Under the pieces are notes generated by a model. It saw nothing but the letters and a program-made list of their open reading frames with translations. It was not told the DNA's origin and ran no database searches. Source: an uncultured delta proteobacterium (GTDB taxonomy: Bacteria > Myxococcota > Kuafuiibacteriia > Kuafuiibacteriales > Kuafuiibacteriaceae). Taken from it: 64,000 nt of DNA. Shown here piece by piece: positions 39,957-49,606 of the stretch; position 1 is the first letter of the stretch; every line of letters starts with the position of its first letter. Location: assembly GCA_963803435.1 (NCBI GenBank), contig CAWDML010000001.1, positions 864,001 to 928,000 of the forward strand, given 5' to 3'. A program made the position numbers and the translations under genes.

Positions 39957-41596
39957 GGCCGGCGCTCCTCTGCGCGCTCCTCGCGAGCTGCGGCGATCCA
40001 CTCGTTCGGATCGACATCGATCAGGGAGCGTTCGAGGGCGCTCCGATCACGCTCCGGCTGATCACGCCCGCTCCCACTGACCCGACCACGTGCGACGACA
40101 TCGCCTTCGATGCGGGCGCTCTCGCCTCCGCCATCGCGCTGACCGAGCGACAGGTGCTGCTGGGAGAAGAGCCGCTGTCGATCGAGGACCTCGATCGGCA
40201 GAGCGCGCGGCTGCTGCTGGCGGAGGTGAGCGCCTCCGATGGACAGCAGGCAGGGATCGGCTGCGCGGAGCTCTCCCGAGGTATCGACAGCGACGAGACG
40301 ATCGCGCTCCGCCTCGAGCCGGTCTCCGCCGGGACGGTCGTTTCGGGCGCGCCGATCGAGGCCGAGCTCGACGGCGCTCCCGGCGAGCCGATCGTCGTCT
40401 CGGTCACCGATCGATCCGGCGCGCCGCTGCCGGACGTCGAGGTCCGCTGGAGCGTGGCCGGCACCGACGGCGCCGCGACCTCTGGGGTCGGTCGGAGCGG
40501 ACCCGACGGACAGGCCGAGCTCTCGTTGTCGCTCCCGCGCGCCGTCGGACCGATCGCGGTCGCGATCCGCCCGCGCTTCGCCTTCACGAATCCCTCGCCG
40601 ATCTCCGGCTTCGTCGGGATCGCGCCGAGGCCGCATGCGATCGAACCCGGCCCGCTGACCCTGGGAAGGTTCGGTCCCTCGGGAGAGCTGCGCCTGGTGC
40701 GGGCGCGCGGAGCCGATCTGGTGCGCTGTTCGGAGGAGTCGTTCGATCGATGCGTGCCGCTGGCGAGCCTATCGTTCTCGCCGGGCCGGTTGCAGGCGCT
40801 GGAGGAGACCGAGGAAGACGGCGCCGACGGCCTGCTCGCGATCGGTGCGAACGCGTGGTCGATCGTACATCCGAGCGGCGCGATCGACGCGCGGCCGACA
40901 CCGCCGCCGGCGCAGGTGGGCAACGTCTTCGCCGCCGGGCCGTGCGGAGGGACGGAGATCCTGCTCACCCAGGACGACACCGGGATCACCGAGTTTCCCA
41001 GGCAGGCTCCGCCGACCGGGGATCCGTTCGGCCCCGGCATCATCCTGCTGGCGAGCGGCTGCGTCTCCACCAGCTCGGGCGAGCCGGCCCGCACTTACGC
41101 CGTCTTCCAGGTCGACCAGCGGGTCCCGATCCTGACCGGCGATCGGACGGCGCCGTGGCTCGGCCCGCCGACCGCCTTCGCCTTCGCCTTCGACAAGGGC
41201 TCGAGGCAGCGGGCGCTGATGGGCGTGCAGCTCGAGCTCAGCCAGCCGGTCGTCACGCGCTCGATCTGGGGGGGCGGCGGGGAGCTCACCGCGGTCGCGG
41301 TCGATCCGCTGCCTTCGCCGCCGCAGTCTCTCCGGAGTGGAGACTTCGACGGCGACGGTGTGCTCGATCTGGCTGCGATCCTCGTCCCCCCGTCGAGCTC
41401 CAACGGCCGCTGCGGCTGCGACTGCGCGCTCTGGATCTCGCTCGGCGGTGGTCTGGCGGGTGCACGTTCCCTCTCGTCGATCTGCGACCCGACGCTCGTC
41501 TCCGGCGACCTCGACGGCGATGGCCGGGACGAGGTGATCCTGCTCGACTCCGGGCCGAACGCCACCGTGCTTCGATTCGGGGTGACGCGCGATTAG
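39953..41596 (+). CDS. Lipoprotein with Ig-like and FG-GAP/VCBS repeats
   Basis: GTGA overlap; LASC lipobox; VSVTD..G.PLP.VEV.W; GDFDGDGVLDL and GDLDGDGRDEV. Confidence 0.8.
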   Translation: MRPALLCALLASCGDPLVRIDIDQGAFEGAPITLRLITPAPTDPTTCDDIAFDAGALASAIALTERQVLLGEEPLSIEDLDRQSARLLLAEVSASDGQQAGIGCAELSRGIDSDETIALRLEPVSAGTVVSGAPIEAELDGAPGEPIVVSVTDRSGAPLPDVEVRWSVAGTDGAATSGVGRSGPDGQAELSLSLPRAVGPIAVAIRPRFAFTNPSPISGFVGIAPRPHAIEPGPLTLGRFGPSGELRLVRARGADLVRCSEESFDRCVPLASLSFSPGRLQALEETEEDGADGLLAIGANAWSIVHPSGAIDARPTPPPAQVGNVFAAGPCGGTEILLTQDDTGITEFPRQAPPTGDPFGPGIILLASGCVSTSSGEPARTYAVFQVDQRVPILTGDRTAPWLGPPTAFAFAFDKGSRQRALMGVQLELSQPVVTRSIWGGGGELTAVAVDPLPSPPQSLRSGDFDGDGVLDLAAILVPPSSSNGRCGCDCALWISLGGGLAGARSLSSICDPTLVSGDLDGDGRDEVILLDSGPNATVLRFGVTRD

Positions 41597-41684
41597 GCGA
41601 CTTGCTCCAAGAGAAGCGTGACAAACTGGACGACTTTTGGTGCTTCGGGCGACGCTGTGGCTCGCAGTTTTCAAGTGCCAGCCG

Positions 41685-41923
41685 ACCGGATGGCACTTCG
41701 CTCTGGCACCGAAAGCGCCGCCTACTCCACACCTGCTTGAGGCGCCGACTCGCCAACGAGCAGAAGGTCCAAGCCGCCAGAGCCAAGCTCAAGCGCGTTG
41801 TCGAGATGCTCACGCGCCTCATCAAGTCGATGAACGCACGCCGGGCTGCATGATCGCCATCGGGACCGGGACCGGGACCGGGACCCGGACCGGGCTCGCG
41901 GTAGCGCTACGCGCTACCCGCTC
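41685..41923 (+). mobile_element. Truncated copy of the IS1182 element end (3' half of four-helix-bundle gene + TIR)
   Basis: Near-identical reverse complement of 10384..10623, including (GGGACC)n; ends at CTAG 41924-41927. Confidence 0.88.
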
Positions 41924-43456
41924 CTAGAGCTTCACCGTCAGGCGCTGGCCCGGGTGCAGCGTGATCCTCTTCGATCGGAGCAGCACCCGGGTCGTCGGGT
42001 GGAGCAGCGAGATCTCGTGCTCGCCCTCTTCGAGGCGATGATCGGCCACCGGGCTGACGCCGAGATCGGCGCCGTCGATGACGACGATGCCGAAGGGATC
42101 CGCACCGACGGTGACGAAGCCGACGCCTTTGGGCTCCGGAGGTGGGGCCTCGCGCTTCGGCGGCTCGGAGCGGCGGGGACGCGCGACGCGCTTCGCGATC
42201 GCAGGCGGGGGCGGAGGTGCGTCCCGCTCGGTCGGCCCGGTCGGGTCGGCGGGCTTGGCCGGAGGTGGCCGCACCTCTGCGGCCGGAGCGACCGGCTCGA
42301 TGATGATCGGGGCGGCCGGCGGCGGCTCGCCGTGCAACCCGATCAGCGAGAGCGCGATGGCGCCGCCGGTGACGAGCCCTGCCGCGAGGACCGCGGCGAG
42401 CCACCGACCGCGAGGCCGGCCCCGTCGATGAGCGGCGATCGGTGAGGTCGTCGCCTCGATCGGACGGACGCTCGATAGCGACTCCTCGACGAGCGTTCCC
42501 CCACGCCTTGCGGGTGTCGGAGGGGGCGCCGGCAATCCCGACAAGAGGGCACGAATCTGGACCTCGTGCGCCCTCCGCTCCTCCTCGAGCCGCTCCTCGG
42601 CGTAGTCCGCGAGCAGGGTCGCGGGCGCGCTCCTCACCGCCTCTTCGAGGGCCGTCGCCATCTCTCGACCGTCGGCGAATCGCTGGTCCGGATCGGAGGC
42701 GAGCGCGCGCATCACCAGGTGATCGAGCTCGGGCGGCACCTCAGGGTTGATCCGAGAAGGCGGCGCCAACGTGGGGCGGTCGAGAGTATCGACGTCGAAC
42801 AGCCTCCGTCCGGTCAACAGCTCGTAGAGCACGACGCCCGCCGCGTAGAGATCGGCGCGCCGATCGATCCGAGAGCCGTCGAGCTGCTCGGGTGCCAGGT
42901 ACGCGGCCTTTCCTTTGATCCGCCCGATCTCCGTCACGGGCGCCTCACGGTTGCGAACCAGCGCAACGCCGAAGTCGAGGATCTTGATTCGACCCTCGAA
43001 CGTCAGCACGAGGTTCTGCGGGCTGACATCGCGATGCACCAGGTGGAGCGGTCGTTCGTCGGCGCTCTTCAGCTCATGAGCCGCGTGCAGACCACGGCAG
43101 ACGTCGGCGACGATGCGCGCCGCCACCGACGCCGGCACCGGCCCCGGCTCGACCAGCTTGCTCAGCGGAGCTCCCGCGACGTACTCCATCGCCAGGTAGA
43201 GAAGGCCGTCGTCCTCGCCGAAGTCGTGCACCTGCACGATCGATGGATGATCCAGCCTCGCCATGATCCTGGCCTCGTCGAGGAACATCTTCCGGACATC
43301 GTCGCGACCGAACAGCTCTCTCTTGATGGTCTTGACGGCGACGAGCTTCTCGAAGCCGTGCGCACCGACCTTACGCCCCAGCAGCACTTCGCCCATCCCA
43401 CCCCGGCTCAGCTCGCTCAGGATCTGGATGCCTCCCAGACTTCGGCGCCGGCTCAT
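41924..43456 (-). CDS. Ser/Thr protein kinase with TM and C-terminal PEGA-like domain
   Basis: GGMG, VAVK, HRDVSPQN, DFG, APEQ; IDG..LGVSP PEGA-like tail. Confidence 0.93.
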   Translation of the reverse strand: MSRRRSLGGIQILSELSRGGMGEVLLGRKVGAHGFEKLVAVKTIKRELFGRDDVRKMFLDEARIMARLDHPSIVQVHDFGEDDGLLYLAMEYVAGAPLSKLVEPGPVPASVAARIVADVCRGLHAAHELKSADERPLHLVHRDVSPQNLVLTFEGRIKILDFGVALVRNREAPVTEIGRIKGKAAYLAPEQLDGSRIDRRADLYAAGVVLYELLTGRRLFDVDTLDRPTLAPPSRINPEVPPELDHLVMRALASDPDQRFADGREMATALEEAVRSAPATLLADYAEERLEEERRAHEVQIRALLSGLPAPPPTPARRGGTLVEESLSSVRPIEATTSPIAAHRRGRPRGRWLAAVLAAGLVTGGAIALSLIGLHGEPPPAAPIIIEPVAPAAEVRPPPAKPADPTGPTERDAPPPPPAIAKRVARPRRSEPPKREAPPPEPKGVGFVTVGADPFGIVVIDGADLGVSPVADHRLEEGEHEISLLHPTTRVLLRSKRITLHPGQRLTVKL

Positions 43457-43463
43457 GATGGGG

Positions 43464-44801
43464 TCACTTCTTTCTCAGCCCGTATCCGTCGAGGAGCGCG
43501 CGAAAGTGTGCTCGGGTCAGGCCAGCATATTCGGCAGCGCGGGTGAGATTCTCCTCCGAACGCGCATAGACGCCGGCGAGGTAGCGACGCTCGAAGTACG
43601 CGACCCAGCGCTCCTTCGCCTCCTTGAAGGGGAGCGATAGATCCACCAGGTCGATCGGCGTTTCCTGCGGCGGCTCCAGCCAGAGCTTCAGCTCCGTGAA
43701 CCGTGTGCCGGCCTGCGCCAGGATCGAGGAGCGCTCGAGGACGTTCCTGAGCTCACGCACGTTGCCGGCCCAGCGCGCGCTCGCGAGCGCGCGGAGATTC
43801 TCTCCTTCGATCGGTCCGGGCTCGCCCCCCCTGCCCTCGTAGAACGCGCGGACGAGGAGCGGCAGATCCTCCGCGCGCTCCCGGAGGGGAGGCAGCACCA
43901 GGTGAACGACCGCGAGGCGGTGGAACAGATCGAAGCGGAACCGCTTCTCCTCGACCATCGCGAGGAGATCGCGGTGCGTCGCTGCGATCACCCGAACGTC
44001 GACGGAGACCGGGCGATCGGCGCCGAGAGGCTGGACGGTCCTCGCCTCGAGCACGCGCAGGAGATGGGCCTGCCCCGCTGGCGACAGCTCTCCCACCTCG
44101 TCGAGGAACACGGTGCCGCTGCTCGCTTCGACGAATGCTCCCTTTCGGTCGGAGGTCGCGCCGGTGAACGCTCCGCTGAGATGACCGAAGAGCTGCGACT
44201 CGAGGAGCTGATCGGCGGCGGCGCTGCAGTCGACGACGACGAAGGGGCCGCCCGCCCGCGCCGAGTGATCGTGCACCGCGCGCGCGAGCACCTCCTTCCC
44301 GACGCCGCTCTCTCCCTGGACCAGCATGGTCGCGTCGGTCGGGCTGGCCAGCTCCAGCACGGCGAAGATCTCGCGCATCGCGAGGCTCTCACCGACGAGC
44401 CCGCCAAAGCGCGTCCGCTGGCTGGGGGCGACCAGCGGAGCGACCTCCTTCTGGATCTTGAGCACCGAGTCCCCGCACCGGATCGACGAGCCGGCGCCTG
44501 CCATCGCCTCGGTGATGCGGACGCCGTCCACCTGGGTACCGTTGGTGCTGCCGAGGTCGCGCACGGCGATCCCGCTGGGCACCGCGCGAATCTCGACGTG
44601 ACGGCGGGAGACCTTCTGATCCGTCAACGCGAGATCGCAGTCGTCGTGCGTGCCGACCAGCACGGCGCGGCTGCCGACCAGGATCCGCGCCCCCGCGTCG
44701 GGCCCCGTCTTCACCTCGAGCGAGTAGGATCGCGCGCTCGTGCGATCGCGGCTCAGCGAGGTCACCAGGCCCGCCTCCGGCACAGTCCCCGTCGAGGTCA
44801 C
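43464..44801 (-). CDS. FHA-domain sigma54-dependent activator (bEBP)
   Basis: FHA VSRRH...DLGSTNGT; GESGVGKE, GAFTGA, FLDEVGE, RFDLFHRL, GNVREL, C-terminal HTH. Confidence 0.93.
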   Translation of the reverse strand: MTSTGTVPEAGLVTSLSRDRTSARSYSLEVKTGPDAGARILVGSRAVLVGTHDDCDLALTDQKVSRRHVEIRAVPSGIAVRDLGSTNGTQVDGVRITEAMAGAGSSIRCGDSVLKIQKEVAPLVAPSQRTRFGGLVGESLAMREIFAVLELASPTDATMLVQGESGVGKEVLARAVHDHSARAGGPFVVVDCSAAADQLLESQLFGHLSGAFTGATSDRKGAFVEASSGTVFLDEVGELSPAGQAHLLRVLEARTVQPLGADRPVSVDVRVIAATHRDLLAMVEEKRFRFDLFHRLAVVHLVLPPLRERAEDLPLLVRAFYEGRGGEPGPIEGENLRALASARWAGNVRELRNVLERSSILAQAGTRFTELKLWLEPPQETPIDLVDLSLPFKEAKERWVAYFERRYLAGVYARSEENLTRAAEYAGLTRAHFRALLDGYGLRKK

Positions 44802-44868
44802 CGGCGCATTGTAAGCGATCCGACCGCGCTCCTCGCGTGGTCGTGGTATGCAGACTACCTTGACGCCT

Positions 44869-45930
44869 GTGAAGCCCGCCTCGATCGACGGTGCCGCGGT
44901 GGTCCTGCCTTGCGCAGATCTCTCGGGGACGGTCGACTTCTTCACCGAGATGCTCGGGTTTCGGCTCGAGATGATCTCGCCGGCCGACGATCCTTCGGTG
45001 GCGGAGGTCGCTGGGTACGGACTGCGCGCCCGTCTGGTGCGCGGCGCGGAGGGGTCTCCGGGGGTGCTGCGGCTGTCCTGCTCGCGCAGGAGCGAGGCTC
45101 GGACCCTGCAGGCGCCCAACGGGACACGTATCGAGATCGTCGCCGAGCCGGCCCTCGAGCTGCCGCCGTTGCGACCTACGTTCGTCGTGAGCCGGATGCA
45201 GGACGCCCATTGGATCGAGGGACGCGCCGGCATGCGCTACCGGGACCTGATCCCGAATCGGCTGGGCGGGCGCTACATCGCGTCGCACATCCAGATCCCG
45301 GACGGCGGGCCGGTGCCCGACTACGTCCACCATCACCGCGTTCGCTTTCAGGCGATCCACGTCCACCGCGGCTGGGTCGAGGTGGTCTACCAGGATCAGG
45401 GGCCGCCGATCACGCTTCACCCTGGAGACTGCGTGCTGCAGCCCCCCGGCATCCGCCACCGCGTGGTGTCTTGCTCGCCGGGGCTCGAGGTGGTCGAGAT
45501 CGCATGCCCCGCCGCGCACTCCACCTTCGTGGACCACGAGCTCGCGCTCCCCACGCGGATCGCCGAGCGCGACTTCGAGGGTCAGCGCTTCGTTCATCAC
45601 GTCGCCGTGGCGGCTCCCTGGGTCGAGGCATCTTCCGGCGAGCTGCGGGATACCGGGATCGCGGCCGCCACCGGCGGCATCGCCGACATCCGCTCGCTCC
45701 GGCGCCCGGCCGCCGGACGCGTACAGCGCCACCAGGGAGAGCTGCTCCTAGGGTTCGTGTCGGCGGGGACCGTGACCATCGACTGCGAAGGTCACGGTCG
45801 AACCACGCTGCGTGCGGGTGACGCGATCGTGGTGCCGCCGGGCCCCGAGTACACGCTGCTCGAGCCGAGCGACGACCTCGAGCTGCTCGAGATCACCTCG
45901 CCCGCCGCCACCGGGCCGCAAAGCGATTGA
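44869..45930 (+). CDS. VOC/glyoxalase-like + cupin domain protein
   Basis: FFTEMLGFRLE N-terminal VOC-like region; VHHH...QPPGIRHRV cupin; second cupin-like domain. Confidence 0.78.
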   Translation: MKPASIDGAAVVLPCADLSGTVDFFTEMLGFRLEMISPADDPSVAEVAGYGLRARLVRGAEGSPGVLRLSCSRRSEARTLQAPNGTRIEIVAEPALELPPLRPTFVVSRMQDAHWIEGRAGMRYRDLIPNRLGGRYIASHIQIPDGGPVPDYVHHHRVRFQAIHVHRGWVEVVYQDQGPPITLHPGDCVLQPPGIRHRVVSCSPGLEVVEIACPAAHSTFVDHELALPTRIAERDFEGQRFVHHVAVAAPWVEASSGELRDTGIAAATGGIADIRSLRRPAAGRVQRHQGELLLGFVSAGTVTIDCEGHGRTTLRAGDAIVVPPGPEYTLLEPSDDLELLEITSPAATGPQSD

Positions 45931-45960
45931 GCCTCACCTCGGTGGTGTCATGATCGACGC

Positions 45961-46211
45961 ATGATCAGGCGGCACAACCCCGCGGACGCCCGGAGGTATG
46001 GGCGAACGTGCAAGCGATCCTGCGCTCGGTGGGTTTGACCGTGAGCGACTTCCTCTCCGATCGCGCGTATCGGGAGGCGAACTCCAGGATTCGGAAGCGC
46101 GTCCTCGGGGACGCCCGACCTGCGCTCACCGTCATCATCGCAGAGATCTACAGCGAAGCCTGGCTCCTCGAGATCGAGGCCGTCGCCTTCGGTCCCGCGC
46201 ACCGTCCGTAG
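45961..46211 (+). pseudogene. RidA/YjgF family remnant with internal deletions
   Basis: MIRRHNPAD is joined to VWANVQAILRSVGLTVSD/FLSDR...PALTVII...WLLEIEAVA; the central conserved segments are missing. Confidence 0.65.
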
Positions 46212-46343
46212 ACCCGTCGATACGACCGCGGGTCGACCTCCACGGCCGGCCCGACGTCCGGATTCGTCCGGCGATGTCCGGCGCTCGAACGGACATCCGC
46301 GGACGAACGCCGCTTCTTCGGCCCTGCGCCCCGCGATCGGCGT

Positions 46344-46359
46344 TGGCCCCGCGATTGCG
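46344..46359 (+). promoter_or_regulatory. Putative sigma54 promoter with upstream phased repeats
   Basis: TGGCCCCGCGATTGCG, 12 nt before ATG 46372; GTCCGG at 46256/46266/46276 and CGGAC at 46290/46300. Confidence 0.62.
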
Positions 46360-46371
46360 ATGCCCCCGCGC

Positions 46372-47322
46372 ATGAACGCCACCTTGCTCGACCGCCTTCG
46401 TCTCCCGCTGTGCACCGCCGCGCTGGCCGCCGGTTGCGGCGGTCCCGACCGGCTCACGCTCGCCGAGATCCCACAGACCGGGCCTTCGATCGAAGGCTTC
46501 ACCTGCGCCGCCGAGCCCTGCGAGGTGGTGCGGCTGGCCGACACCGGCGTGCTCCACGGCGCCGCCGCCGTCGCCGGCGACTTCGCGTACTACGTGGACG
46601 AGCGCGCTGGCGGGCTCTTTCGCGCGCCGCTCGCGGGCGACGCGCCCCCGGCCGTGATCCTCGAGGGCGCCCGCGGCCACGTCGTCAGCGACGGCGACAC
46701 CGTCCTCACCGTCATCCCTCCCCGGCTCGCGGTGATCGACGGGCCTACGGGCGATGCCCAGCCCTCCGACGTCGAGTGCGGCTATCGGCTCGGGATCGAC
46801 CGATCGAGCGTGTTCGTCGCCCAGGACGAGGACACGGTCGTCGAACGCCTGCCGCTCGACGGCGGCAATCCGGAGCCCGTAGGTGCCGGCCGCGCCCTTC
46901 GCCAGCTCATGGCCTCGGACCGCTGGATCTGCTGGGCAGGCGCGGGCCACACGGCGTGCGCCTCCGCCGAGGACGGGTCGCAGGCGACGTCGCTCGCTGG
47001 CGCCGACCAGCTGGTGAACGTCGACGACGCCTTCGTCTACTTCCTCGATCGGGACCACAACCTCCTCCGCGCGCCGCTCCCCGGCGGAACGAGCGAGATG
47101 GTCTTCCCCAGCACGGAGGGCCTCAACAGCGCCTACGCCTTCGGCGACGGGGCCCGCCTCTACTTTGCGCAGAGCGTCTCCTGGGGCGGCCGCCGGATCC
47201 TGCGGCTGAACAAGCACACCGGCGCGATCGATCTCCTCGGCTACACCGCCACCGGCTTGATCGCCGGCGGTGACGACCGCTATCTTCTGCTCGACGCGCC
47301 GCTCCGCAGGATCACCCGCTGA
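46372..47322 (+). CDS. Beta-propeller-like lipoprotein (DUF5050-like)
   Basis: LAAGC lipobox; repeated D...VY(F/Y)...L.R.PL.GG units. Confidence 0.72.
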   Translation: MNATLLDRLRLPLCTAALAAGCGGPDRLTLAEIPQTGPSIEGFTCAAEPCEVVRLADTGVLHGAAAVAGDFAYYVDERAGGLFRAPLAGDAPPAVILEGARGHVVSDGDTVLTVIPPRLAVIDGPTGDAQPSDVECGYRLGIDRSSVFVAQDEDTVVERLPLDGGNPEPVGAGRALRQLMASDRWICWAGAGHTACASAEDGSQATSLAGADQLVNVDDAFVYFLDRDHNLLRAPLPGGTSEMVFPSTEGLNSAYAFGDGARLYFAQSVSWGGRRILRLNKHTGAIDLLGYTATGLIAGGDDRYLLLDAPLRRITR

Positions 47323-47525
47323 ACAGGTCCCCAACGTCGAAGCCGACGGGCAAGCGGACCACTCCTCCTCACGGTCTTTGGCGGCGGAGGCGCGAGGAGG
47401 TCATCCTCGGGCGGTGGGGCGCAGCAGATCGGGAGGATCCATGCGCCGCCCGGCGCCCAATCTCGCGGGCGGGTCACCGCGGCGGAACGCGCGATGCGAC
47501 CGCCAGACGTGGTAGCTTCGCGCCC

Positions 47526-48098
47526 ATGCCCGCGACCGCGCTCGATCCCCGGACCGCTCTCGTGGCCATCGACCTCCAGCGGGGGCTCGCGGCCTACCCC
47601 ACCGTGCACCCGTTCCGCGAGGTGGTGGAGAACACCCGGCTTCTGGCTGAGGCCTTTCGCCGCGCCCGGCTCCCGGTGGTGTTCGTGACCGTCAACTTCT
47701 CCGCCGACGGTCAGGACCGAGTCCTGACGCGCACTGAGATCCCGGCGCGCCCGGTGCCCACCGATCCAGAGGTGGCCCGGCTCGCCGCCGAGCTCGTCCC
47801 GCAGCCGACCGACCTCCTGATCACGAAGCGCAGCTGGAGCGCGTTCTACGGTACCGAGCTCGACCTCCAGCTCCGGCGCCGTCACATCACCGGCATCGTC
47901 CTCACCGGCGTGGCCACCAGCATCGGCGTTGACTCGACTGCGCGCGCCGCCTACGAGCGAGCGTACAACGTGACCTTCGCGTCGGACGCCATCACCGATC
48001 TGGATCCAGCGGCGCACGAGCTGGTGATGACGCGGATCTTCCCCCGCCTCGGCGAGGTCGACGTCACGGCCAACCTGCTGGCACTCCTGGCGCGCTGA
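47526..48098 (+). CDS. Isochorismatase/cysteine hydrolase family protein
   Basis: TALVAIDLQ, KRSWSAFYGT, GVATSIGVDSTAR. Confidence 0.9.
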   Translation: MPATALDPRTALVAIDLQRGLAAYPTVHPFREVVENTRLLAEAFRRARLPVVFVTVNFSADGQDRVLTRTEIPARPVPTDPEVARLAAELVPQPTDLLITKRSWSAFYGTELDLQLRRRHITGIVLTGVATSIGVDSTARAAYERAYNVTFASDAITDLDPAAHELVMTRIFPRLGEVDVTANLLALLAR

Positions 48099-48268
48099 CC
48101 CGTGCGCCCGGGCATGAGAACGCGACGGCGCGCAAAACACCCGGCGCCAGGCCTCCGGCTTGGGTATCGCCGCATCCGGGGCGTCCAGGGCCGCGGCCGC
48201 CCCGGTGAAGCCGCTCGAAGTTGGTCTTCCTGTCTCGCCCGCCTCTTCTGTATCGTCTCGTTGGGCCG

Positions 48269-49534
48269 ATGACCCCCATCCGAGAAATTTCGGCAGCTGC
48301 GCAGTTCGAGATCCTCGCGCCTCTGTCCGTCGGTGGTATGGGCCAGGTGTTCCTCGCTCGGCGGATCGGCGCTCACGGCTTTCAAAAGCTGATCGCGCTC
48401 AAGACCATCCGCCCCGATCTGCTCGAGCACGAAGAGATGAAGGCGATGTTCGTGGACGAGGCCCAACTCCTCGCTCGCCTCGATCATCCGGCCTTGGCTC
48501 AGGTCTACGACTTCGTGGAGCAGGGCCAGCCCTTTCTCGCGATGGAGTACGTCGCGGGCATTCCGCTCAACAAGCTCATACGCCAACGGAACGAGCGCCT
48601 CCCGCCTGCGATCGTCGCGAGGATCGCGATCGAGGTCTGCCGAGGGCTCCACGTGGCGCATGAGCTCACGGACCTCGAGGGCAAGCCGCTCGGCGTCGTC
48701 CATCGAGATATCAGCCCGCAGAACCTGATGCTGACGTTCGACGGCCGCATGAAGATTCTCGACTTCGGTGTGGCCTACATGCTCGATCGCCAGGCGGCGT
48801 CGACCCAGACGGGCATGTTCAAAGGAAAGCTCGCGTACATCGCTCCCGAGCAGATGACCGGAAAGAGAGCGGACCGCCGGAGTGACCTCTATTCGTTGGC
48901 CGTGGTCATGCACGAGCTGCTCACCGGACAACGGTTGTTCTCGAAGAAGAAAGACGGCAGCGCCGGTGTGGATCGTCGCGACAACGTGCCAAAGCCTTCG
49001 TCGATCGCTCCGTTCGCGATTCCCCCGGAGCTCGACGACATCGTCTTGAAGGGGCTGCAACCGAAGCCGAGGTCCCGCTACTCGGACGCCAGGGAGATGG
49101 CACAGGCCCTCGAGGACTACCTCCAGGTCGCCGGAGGCGAATCGCTGCCCTCGTTCGCGGAGCGCGAGCTCGCCCAGGACCGGGAGCGCCACCGTATCTG
49201 GCTGCAGGAGGTGGCGGACGGAAAGGCCGCTCCTTCAACGGCGGCGACCCAGCCGAATGACCCGCCGCCCCGAAAACCCCCACCGCTGCCTCCCCGGGAC
49301 GAGGGCAGCATCGAGATCCAGCTGAACGAATCGTCGCTCTTCGCTCCGCCGCCGACACGACGGAGCGGGCTGTTCCTCGCGCTGGCGATCGTCGTCGGGG
49401 CCTTCATCGTCGGTGCCTGGCTCCTCTTTCCAGCGGTGATGAACGAGAACACGAGACGGCTGGCGACCTGGGCGATCGACGGCGCGAAGAGCTTGCAACG
49501 CGATCTGTTCGGTGACGCTCGCGACGAAAAATGA
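48269..49534 (+). CDS. Ser/Thr protein kinase (paralog of 41924..43456)
   Basis: GGMG, IALK, HRDISPQN, DFG, APEQ; C-terminal TM. Confidence 0.92.
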   Translation: MTPIREISAAAQFEILAPLSVGGMGQVFLARRIGAHGFQKLIALKTIRPDLLEHEEMKAMFVDEAQLLARLDHPALAQVYDFVEQGQPFLAMEYVAGIPLNKLIRQRNERLPPAIVARIAIEVCRGLHVAHELTDLEGKPLGVVHRDISPQNLMLTFDGRMKILDFGVAYMLDRQAASTQTGMFKGKLAYIAPEQMTGKRADRRSDLYSLAVVMHELLTGQRLFSKKKDGSAGVDRRDNVPKPSSIAPFAIPPELDDIVLKGLQPKPRSRYSDAREMAQALEDYLQVAGGESLPSFAERELAQDRERHRIWLQEVADGKAAPSTAATQPNDPPPRKPPPLPPRDEGSIEIQLNESSLFAPPPTRRSGLFLALAIVVGAFIVGAWLLFPAVMNENTRRLATWAIDGAKSLQRDLFGDARDEK

Positions 49535-49606
49535 CCGGAGCGGAGGGCTACGCCCGCCGGAAGCGATAGCCCACGCCACTTTGCATCACCAACTTGGAGA
49601 CCGAGG

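Noticed and set aside
49545-49572. GGGCTA...TAGCCC hairpin as terminator or ncRNA
   Set aside because: The stem is short with a long loop and no U-tract, so support is insufficient.
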